Shown piece by piece: positions 58,001-64,000 of a stretch of 64,000 nt of DNA. Origin of the DNA: Polyangiales bacterium. Lineage in GTDB: Bacteria; Myxococcota_A; Polyangia; Polyangiales; Polyangiaceae. The stretch spans positions 1 through 64,000 of the forward strand of contig JBBRLQ010000014.1 of assembly GCA_038231275.1 (NCBI GenBank), read 5' to 3'. The translations under genes and the position numbers were made by a program. Position 1 is the stretch's first letter, and each line of letters starts with the position of its first letter. The notes beneath the pieces were generated by a model. That model saw only the letters and a list, made by a program, of their open reading frames with translations. It had not been told where the DNA came from and did no database searches.

Positions 58001-58549
58001 CGACTCGCTCGCCTTCGGATCGTTCGGCCAGTACCGCCACGGATCGCGGAGCGTCTGCGGGTAGTAGCCTTCGCCGGCGTCGAGGACCATCGGCACGCCG
58101 GTCCGCAGGTTGATCAGGTAAACCGGATCGTCCGAAAAATCGTGGCCGTCGCCCTGCATATGGGCGCGCACGTCCTCGAGGTTGATCGCCGCCTTCGTCG
58201 GATCGCCGGTGAGGCCGCGATCGAACGACAGCGTGATGGGCGAGCTCGTGCCCCAGCCTTCCATCTCGCTGAAGCCCTGCCGCGCGATCTCTTCCATCCA
58301 CGACGGCGCGATGAGGCTCGCGTTGATGCGCATCCCCGTCCGGCTCGTCGGGTCCGCGAACGTGGCGATGTCGTTCGGGATGGGCACGTCGGGGAGCGGC
58401 CTGTGCGACAGGTCCCACTTGATGACCGGCCCGGTGCCCGGAGGCGTCGCGCGGAGACCCACCGGCGCGGTGTCGACGCCGCATCCTTGAGACAAGACGA
58501 CGGCTGCGGCGAGGGCAGCAGCGACTCCGAACCCGGTGGTGGTCTTCAT
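55076..58549 (-). CDS. Large (1157 aa) lipase-like lipoprotein, paralog 2
   Basis: Lipobox SQGC; PIPND; GHGV; GESLG nucleophile; Dx[DN]xDG motifs; TGATG overlap with upstream barrel gene. Confidence 0.8.
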   Translation of the reverse strand: MKTTTGFGVAAALAAAVVLSQGCGVDTAPVGLRATPPGTGPVIKWDLSHRPLPDVPIPNDIATFADPTSRTGMRINASLIAPSWMEEIARQGFSEMEGWGTSSPITLSFDRGLTGDPTKAAINLEDVRAHMQGDGHDFSDDPVYLINLRTGVPMVLDAGEGYYPQTLRDPWRYWPNDPKASESNLLFETVEEGAGLTQADYRPSLDRDFDGVLDHPNTLGPLKPGQIAGVDDLMTWYERETDTLILRPVIPLEEKTEYAVVITDRLKGYDGQPVRSPFPYVHHPLQRRGAEAARAYMNDGRFAAYYGDLSGSGLGHVQFVWSFTTQPVHEDMQLLRNGLYGTGPFWRWKSEYPADVSIFKAAGRTSDPNDPVPDNDPVCAKRNKTPYVVKVSDPDVTDAFHSFFTDLFNFDPGDTAGLLNQLEHVDHVVIGNFKSPFLLGDPASRDEETRFHVNFKTGEGDVRPDTVTFWLSVPKTTATMKPPFPVAFYGHGVTSHTDELLVYAGDYARQGIALVMYDNPEHGIALKPGEELITKAKLNETCLVPWENGINTGRAHDLNGDGVPDSGWFWWTAHVFHVRDNVRQGILDGMQLTRILRSFDGVKKATQDYNGDGQLDLAGDFDGDGTVDVGGPNVKYSAAGESLGGIMSEIQGGIDPYLSQTSPMSGGGALVDVGVRSYGVTEAVTEQMLGPLLISLPAAERPDKQKDSELGTLCQPTERTLRWIVNEGDESRELEIACLKPEELAENFTVVATNLRNREVRCARTSVDGRFRISLPATKGDKVDFQVYTAPDVVQSYDGCRVLANAPVGRRVSTWEKASFKNFPVADGDKTHCDGDSGCQQFRDTFFPVGSSLAAPNDGFGFPRQTPHLRRLRDLAQAAVDPADPINFAPYYMIRPLLDENDHPVAPHGLLSINTVGDAFVNIATGITFARAAGGVPFLPPQALAKYPEYADYVTPQALYDQLGGRTPAQVYIQNFVAEGVARLARTHAGPGCKPNYLDAKTPTCNDTKSIDTEACSKALYDVDWVSEGKSKLDQPHADVPVRLGRIAGLHPTDAASLAHAWEPRLRGIPFVPDDQAWPANDKVVAVLNHYLELKGQHTWDAPDVCRRWDYATYGNGLMARFFASEGKDVYYLSHPTTHGCLADISCPFFAESKAAQ

Positions 58550-60297
58550 CAGAACAGCAGGCCTCCCCTAGCAATCCAGATCCACGGAAGCTTCATGCGA
58601 TCCCCGTCGATGTTCGCGAGCGCGGCGCCGGGGAAGAGCACGCCGGTTTGGAATCCGAGCGTCGCGACGACGCCGTAGTCGAGCTTGAAGCGCGCCTCGG
58701 CGCCGCCGTCGATCTCGAGGCCGAGATCGTGGCGCCTCGCGTCGCCGCCGCGGTAGTTCACGGCCGCGCCTTGCGTGGCGAGGCGATACGGATCGACGAC
58801 ATCCGCGGTCGCCTGCGCGAGGAGCATTCCGCCCTTGAGATCCAGCCAGCGCAGGGGCCGGTAGATCATCGTCGGATTGACGTACTGCGCGCCGGCGATT
58901 CCGCCGTTGGTCGCGAGGAGATCGACGCCCGGCGTGGGGCGTGTGCCGTTCTGGAGGAGCGGATCCTGCGCAGCGCTCGCGGCGCGCGCGGTCTGCCAGC
59001 GCATGACCTCGTCGAAGAGGAGGAGGCCGACTTTGTGGTTCGGATCGAAGACGAAGCGTCGCTCGGTCCCGTCGTACGGATCGGCGTCGCCGGACGCGTA
59101 GCCAATTTCGAGCTGCGCGACGAGATCGCCATAGGCGGCCTTGTTGGGGAGCTCGCCGCCAGGTGTGGCGGGCTCGTCGTACGCGCGATGCACGACGCCG
59201 ACCTGGATCGCGCCGCCGTACGAGCGCAGCGTCGTCTTCGTCCCGTCCTGCACTTGCTCGGCCGTGCGCACGGCGTTCGTCGATCCGAAGATCGCCGCCG
59301 CCTCGAAGCCGCCGAACGCGAACGCGTCTTGCCCCTGCACCGGCACGACGAACTTTCCCGTCACGTCGAGGACGCCGGCGTCGATCGTGTCGGTGTACGG
59401 GAAGATCGACGAGCCGCTCGTCCTGTCCTTCGTCTGGTGGCGGTAGACGCCGTAGACGCCGATCTGGTTGTCGCCGTGCGAGTAGAGCGCGCCGGCGACG
59501 CCCTGGAACGCGTGGTCGCCGCGCGTGAGGCGCGCGTTCGCGTCGCGGAAGACGAGATCGCCGGCGACGAGCACGGTGAGCGGGCTGTCTTTGCCGCCGG
59601 GCTTGGTCGCGAAGAGGATGCGCTCGTCGATCGATCCGTAGCGGTAGTCGCCGAACGTCGAGACGTGATCGCCGTCGTTGGCGAGGATGCCCATGCCCCA
59701 GTGGCTCGGTTGCTGGCCGACGCGGAGGATGCCGATGCCGGTGTCGATCTGCGCGTAGAGCCAGCGCGGCTGCACGTTCTTGAAGCCGTCGTACGAGTCG
59801 CGCGGCGTCTGATCGGCGAAGCTGTCGTGCGCGAGATCTCCGAGGAGGAGGCCGGTCACGACGTCCATCTGGGCGACGATCTCGAGCCAGCTCTTCACCT
59901 GGAGGCGCGGCGTGATGCGCAGCCAGTGGTTCATGTACCGGTTCTGGCCGAGCGAGTCCTCGGTCGCGCGTCCGCCGGCGGCGCGGTCGTTGATGACCTG
60001 CGTGGACGGATCGAGCGGGAAGCTGCGCAAGCTCGTGCCGCGGAGCTGGTACTCGCCGTGGATCTGGAAGCGGACCACGTCCGGCTCGGCGGGTCGGACC
60101 GGCGGCCTCCCGGTGTCGAGCACCAGCCTGGCGAAGTCCTTGGGGATGACCGGCTCCTCCGCGCGCGCGTCGGGGGCGGCGCACAACAAGAGGAGGAGGG
60201 AGGCGGGCGCGAGGAGAATGCGGCGGGCGCGCGTCGACGAGGAGCGCGGAAGGAGGGGGCGGAGGAGGATCGGGCTGGGGAGGGGGAGGGATGTCAT
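58549..60297 (-). CDS. Outer-membrane beta-barrel protein (alginate-export/TIGR04551-like); start uncertain
   Basis: Signal peptide ending DARA; alternating amphipathic strands; SHWGMGILANDG, YASGD, DLGLEID; C-terminal Phe. Confidence 0.72.
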   Translation of the reverse strand: MTSLPLPSPILLRPLLPRSSSTRARRILLAPASLLLLLCAAPDARAEEPVIPKDFARLVLDTGRPPVRPAEPDVVRFQIHGEYQLRGTSLRSFPLDPSTQVINDRAAGGRATEDSLGQNRYMNHWLRITPRLQVKSWLEIVAQMDVVTGLLLGDLAHDSFADQTPRDSYDGFKNVQPRWLYAQIDTGIGILRVGQQPSHWGMGILANDGDHVSTFGDYRYGSIDERILFATKPGGKDSPLTVLVAGDLVFRDANARLTRGDHAFQGVAGALYSHGDNQIGVYGVYRHQTKDRTSGSSIFPYTDTIDAGVLDVTGKFVVPVQGQDAFAFGGFEAAAIFGSTNAVRTAEQVQDGTKTTLRSYGGAIQVGVVHRAYDEPATPGGELPNKAAYGDLVAQLEIGYASGDADPYDGTERRFVFDPNHKVGLLLFDEVMRWQTARAASAAQDPLLQNGTRPTPGVDLLATNGGIAGAQYVNPTMIYRPLRWLDLKGGMLLAQATADVVDPYRLATQGAAVNYRGGDARRHDLGLEIDGGAEARFKLDYGVVATLGFQTGVLFPGAALANIDGDRMKLPWIWIARGGLLF

Positions 60298-60685
60298 CAA
60301 GCTGGGCTCTCGGCGCGGCAGCATACTCGGGCTGTGCACCTACACGAGATCCGTTCGCGGAGGTCGAAACCGACCCTGCCCGAGACCGTCGCGAGACGAT
60401 TCTCCTCACGGTCCGCATTCAGCGCCTTCGCGAGGCTGCGCGCGCGTGCTCGCGATTCGCGAGCTGGTGGATCGAACGTCGCTCACATTTGGATCCATTG
60501 ACGCACACTGTACGTGTCTGCTGCACCGCGTAATCGCTTGGAAATTCGAGAGATGGGATTCAACCTTCCTAGCGGTCAAAGGTGGTTCGATGTGTGCAGT
60601 AGCTCTTCCTGCGCGGCAACGCGTGGGTGACCTCCGGCCCTCGTCGTTCGAGATCGATCGACTTCAAGCGGAAGATGCCACGGAC

Positions 60686-60776
60686 TCGTTTCTCTCTCGC
60701 TCCGTCTCGTCTCTCTCTACAGTCCCCTCTCTTCTCTCCGTTCTCTCTCTCTCTCTCTCGCCCTCCATCCCTCATC
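60686..60776 (+). repeat. Pyrimidine-rich tract including a (TC)9 microsatellite
   Basis: Almost purine-free ~90 nt; (TC)9 at 60742-60759. Confidence 0.9.
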
Positions 60777-61108
60777 GCGCTGCCCGTCTCCTGCCTCCTC
60801 TAGGAAGGCCATGCGTCCTCTCTCGTTCGTTTCGTGACTCAACCTTCGACCGAAAGGCCCGTTCGTTTCTGCCGAGAGGTTTTCGTCTCGTTCGAAAAAG
60901 CAAGACGCGGTGCCGCCGGTCCTCGCGATCGCGCCGCACCTCGTCGTAGTCCAGCACGAAGGCGCCTCGTCTCCCGAGAGCCCGTCTCAGCCGACCTTGA
61001 AGCCCCCGTGCTTCACGACCTCCGCCGCTTTTCGATTCGGCGATGTCGACGTGGTCGTCTGCGCGGGCTCTCCCTCTTTTGTCGGCCGCGTGTGGTAGTA
61101 CCGCCCGC

Positions 61109-62698
61109 GTGGAACCCGTCAGCGTCGGCAAGCCCCTCCGCCTCTCGGACCTCGAAGACGTCGCGCTACGCGGTCGGCCCGTCGCGTTCGACGCTGTCGC
61201 CCGCGCAAAGGTCATCGCGTCGCGCGCGGCCATCGACGCCATCTGCAGCGCAGGCGACGACGCGCCCAACGTCTACGGCGTGAACACCGGCTTCGGCGCG
61301 CTCGCCGAGACGCGCATCAGCGCGGCGGACGTGCGGCAACTCCAGAAGAACCTCGTGCGCTCGCACTCGACCGGCATCGGGCCCGATCTCCCGATCGCGG
61401 CGGTGCGGGGGATGATGCTCCTGCGCGCGCAGGTGCTCGCGCTCGGTCACTCCGGCGTGCGGCCGGTGCTCGTCGATTTGCTCCTCGAGATGCTGAACAA
61501 GGGCGTGCATCCGCGGGTCCCGTCGCAAGGCTCCGTAGGCGCGTCGGGAGATCTCGCGCCGCTCGCGCATCTGGCGCTGGCGATGATCGGCGAAGGCGAG
61601 GCGTCGGTGGAGGCGAGCGTGCGCGCGGGCGCCGAGCTCGGCGCGTCGTACCGTCCGGTGCACCTGACGGGCGGCGACGCGCTTCGCATGGCCGGCATGA
61701 CGCCGGTGGTGCTCGAGGCGAAGGAGGGGCTCGCGCTCATCAACGGCACGCAGTACATGGCGTCGCTCGGCACGCTCGCGGTGCTCGAAGCGGAGCGGCT
61801 GGCGACGGTCGCCGACGTGGCGGGGGCGATGAGCCTCGAGGCGAGCAAGGGCTCGAGCCGCCCGTTCGACGAGCGTCTCCACGCCGCGCGCCCGCACCCC
61901 GGTCAGGCCCTCGTCGCGGCCAACATGCGCGCGCTCCTCCACGACAGCGAGATCGCGGAGAGCCACATCAACTGCGGCAAGGTGCAGGACGCGTACTCCA
62001 TCCGCTGCATGCCGCAGGTCCACGGCGCGACGCGCGACGCGCTCGGGTGGGTGCGTGACGTGCTCGCGCGCGAGGTGAACAGCGTCACCGACAACCCGAG
62101 CGTCTTTCTCGACGACAAGGGCGGCGCCGACGTCATCAGCGGTGGGAATTTCCACGGCCAGCCGCTCGCCCTCGCGCTCGACCTCGCGGCGATGGCCGTC
62201 GCCGAGCTCGCGAACATCAGCGAGCGGCGCGTCGAACAGCTCGTGAATCCGGCGCTGTCGAGCGGCCTCACGCCGTTCCTCGCGGCGGGGAGCGGGTTGC
62301 ATTCGGGGTTCATGATCGCGCAGGTCGCGAGCGCGTCGCTCGTCAGCGAGAACAAGGTGCTGTGTCACCCGGCGAGCGTCGATTCGATCCCGTCGTCGGC
62401 GGGCAAAGAAGACCACGTGAGCATGGGGAGCATCAGCGCCAAGAAATTCGTCGAGATCGTGCGCAACACCAAAGCGGCGCTCGCGATCGAGATCATGACG
62501 GCGGCGGCGGGGATCGATCAGCGTCGCCCGCTGAAGCCGAGCAAGGGGGTCGCCGCCGCACAAGCGTGCGTCCGCGAGCTCGTCGCGCCGATGACCGAGG
62601 ATCGGCCGCTCTACAAGGACATCGACGCCGTCGGGGCGCTCATCGGCGGCGGCGCGCTCGTTCGCGCGGTCGAAGGCATCGTCGGCCGCTTGCGCTGA
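61109..62698 (+). CDS. hutH: Histidine ammonia-lyase
   Basis: [11 protein letters not shown] (HAL-type specificity), MIO motif [30 protein letters not shown]. Confidence 0.95.
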   Translation: MEPVSVGKPLRLSDLEDVALRGRPVAFDAVARAKVIASRAAIDAICSAGDDAPNVYGVNTGFGALAETRISAADVRQLQKNLVRSHSTGIGPDLPIAAVRGMMLLRAQVLALGHSGVRPVLVDLLLEMLNKGVHPRVPSQGSVGASGDLAPLAHLALAMIGEGEASVEASVRAGAELGASYRPVHLTGGDALRMAGMTPVVLEAKEGLALINGTQYMASLGTLAVLEAERLATVADVAGAMSLEASKGSSRPFDERLHAARPHPGQALVAANMRALLHDSEIAESHINCGKVQDAYSIRCMPQVHGATRDALGWVRDVLAREVNSVTDNPSVFLDDKGGADVISGGNFHGQPLALALDLAAMAVAELANISERRVEQLVNPALSSGLTPFLAAGSGLHSGFMIAQVASASLVSENKVLCHPASVDSIPSSAGKEDHVSMGSISAKKFVEIVRNTKAALAIEIMTAAAGIDQRRPLKPSKGVAAAQACVRELVAPMTEDRPLYKDIDAVGALIGGGALVRAVEGIVGRLR

Positions 62699-62701
62699 CG
62701 G

Positions 62702-63292
62702 CTACGTGGTCCAGCGTCCGCTGAACTTCGTCAGCTCCGGCGTTTCGACCGCGTAGGCCATCTCGACGTCCCGCGCGCCCGCGAGCTCCAGCGCGGCGCG
62801 CAGCGCGACCCGCAGGCCGCGCACCGAGAGATCGGTTGCGACGTTCTTTGGGTGATGAAACGAGAGCTCCGCGGAGGTGGTCGTGTGGCCGACGACGTGC
62901 AGCTCCGAGCCGCGCCGGAACGCGGCCCATCGCTTCTCGACGCCCACGAGGAGGCGCTCCGGCGAGACGACCGCGAACAAGATCCTGAAGAGCGGCGTGC
63001 GGAGAAGGCGCCGATTCCGCTCCAAGATCCATCGCTCGTACGCCATCGTCCCCCCCGCGCAAGCGAAGTGGGCGTCGAAGACCGCCAGCATCAGCGCGTT
63101 GAAGTGCACCTCCGAGATCCACTCGTTCACGGTCGGCGGCGTCGTGTAATACCCGGCCAGGGCGTCGGGGAGCGTCTCCCGCGGCAGGATCAGGTGCTCG
63201 TCGTCGATGGCCATGCGCATGACCGCGCCCTTCGCTTGCGCGCGCGGGTGCGCGTCGAGCCCCCCCGGCAGTGCGTCGAGGTAGCGCGTCAT
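62702..63292 (-). CDS. Hypothetical protein (myxobacterial DUF2378-like)
   Basis: Coding-like GC3 bias; YL..LPGG...HP..QAKG, EWI; start at 63292 or 63334. Confidence 0.55.
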   Translation of the reverse strand: MTRYLDALPGGLDAHPRAQAKGAVMRMAIDDEHLILPRETLPDALAGYYTTPPTVNEWISEVHFNALMLAVFDAHFACAGGTMAYERWILERNRRLLRTPLFRILFAVVSPERLLVGVEKRWAAFRRGSELHVVGHTTTSAELSFHHPKNVATDLSVRGLRVALRAALELAGARDVEMAYAVETPELTKFSGRWTT

Positions 63293-63348
63293 GCTCGGAT
63301 AGCGATCACCGTCCCCCGTCCCCACGAATGTCACCCTGCCCGGTCACG

Positions 63349-64000
63349 TTACCCGCGAATGCCGACGAGCTCGTCTTTGAAGTCGCGTGTGACGAGCATT
63401 TTCAGCGCATCGAGGAGCGGGCGGCCCTCGTGCAGCACGTGGTAGACCTGACTCGTGATTGGCATGTCGACCCCGCGCTTCTCGGCGAGGGCCCACGTCG
63501 CCGCGCTCGTCCAGTAGCCCTCGGCGACGGAGCGGCGGCTCGCGAGGTACGCCTTCGGATCGACGCCCTCCGCGACCTTGAGGCCGAGCTCGTGGTTGCG
63601 TGACAAGGCGCCGGTGCACGTGAGGATGAGATCGCCAACGCCCGCCATCCCCAAGAAGGTGAGCGGATCGCCGCCCATCGCGACGCCGAGGCGCGTGATT
63701 TCGGCGAGCCCTCGGCCGATGAGCGCGGCGCGCGCGTTCAGGCCGAGGCCGAGGCCCTCGCAGGCGCCCGATGCGATCGCGATCACGTTCTTCACCGCGC
63801 CGCCGATCTGGACGCCGATGGGATCCTTGCTCGTGTAGACGCGGAACATCGGCGTGTGGAGGAGGCGCTGGATCTCCGCGGCGGCCGCCGGATCGGTCGC
63901 CGCGGCGACGACGTCAGTGGGCAGTCCGCTCGCGACCTCCTTCGCGAAGCTCGGCCCCGACAGGAAGACGACCTGCTCACGCTTCACGCGCGGCAGCGCC
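63349..64000 (-). CDS. gpsA: NAD(P)H-dependent glycerol-3-phosphate dehydrogenase (5'-truncated by window)
   Basis: LSGPSFAKEV, GGAVKNVIAIA, GDLILTC..LSRN, VAEG, DMPI. Confidence 0.95.
   Translation of the reverse strand, partial: ALPRVKREQVVFLSGPSFAKEVASGLPTDVVAAATDPAAAAEIQRLLHTPMFRVYTSKDPIGVQIGGAVKNVIAIASGACEGLGLGLNARAALIGRGLAEITRLGVAMGGDPLTFLGMAGVGDLILTCTGALSRNHELGLKVAEGVDPKAYLASRRSVAEGYWTSAATWALAEKRGVDMPITSQVYHVLHEGRPLLDALKMLVTRDFKDELVGIRG

Noticed and set aside
60581..60645. GGTTCGA and the GCAA hairpin followed by CCTCCGGCC as a tRNA or c-di-GMP-I riboswitch
   Set aside because: No cloverleaf can be folded, and the conserved GCAAA flanks of the GEMM motif are absent.
59912..61098. ORFs 59912..60949, 60569..60775 and 60910..61098 in the large intergenic region
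   Set aside because: No codon bias, low-complexity translations and no motifs.

Overview
GC-rich bacterial chromosomal segment with myxobacterial (Polyangiaceae/Sorangiineae-like) character, inferred from the Ser/Thr kinase, Uma2 nuclease, Cys-rich lipoproteins and TPR proteins. It holds about 58 densely packed CDS. Housekeeping genes include a ygiQ-type radical SAM, scoAB-type CoA transferase, bolA, apt, surE, moaB/D/E/C, epmA, pgsA, glsA, hutH and gpsA. These are interleaved with about 14 predicted lipoproteins, many of them hydrolases. The main candidate novel system is an outer-membrane beta-barrel gene translationally coupled to a ~1150-aa GxSxG lipase-like lipoprotein. Three more lipoproteins of the same architecture lie elsewhere in the window, together with a FadR(YsiA)-type TetR whose start codon is overlapped by a palindromic operator. 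Other points of interest are a NarM-like/MoaC fusion, a CPAF-like S41 protease, two paralogous papain-like lipoproteins, an orphan FliQ/SctS gene, an unlisted 46-aa membrane peptide with a strong RBS, and an ~800-bp structured, pyrimidine-rich intergenic region upstream of hutH. No rRNA, tRNA, CRISPR array or IS element was recognised. All family assignments come from visual motif recognition; no database search was run.
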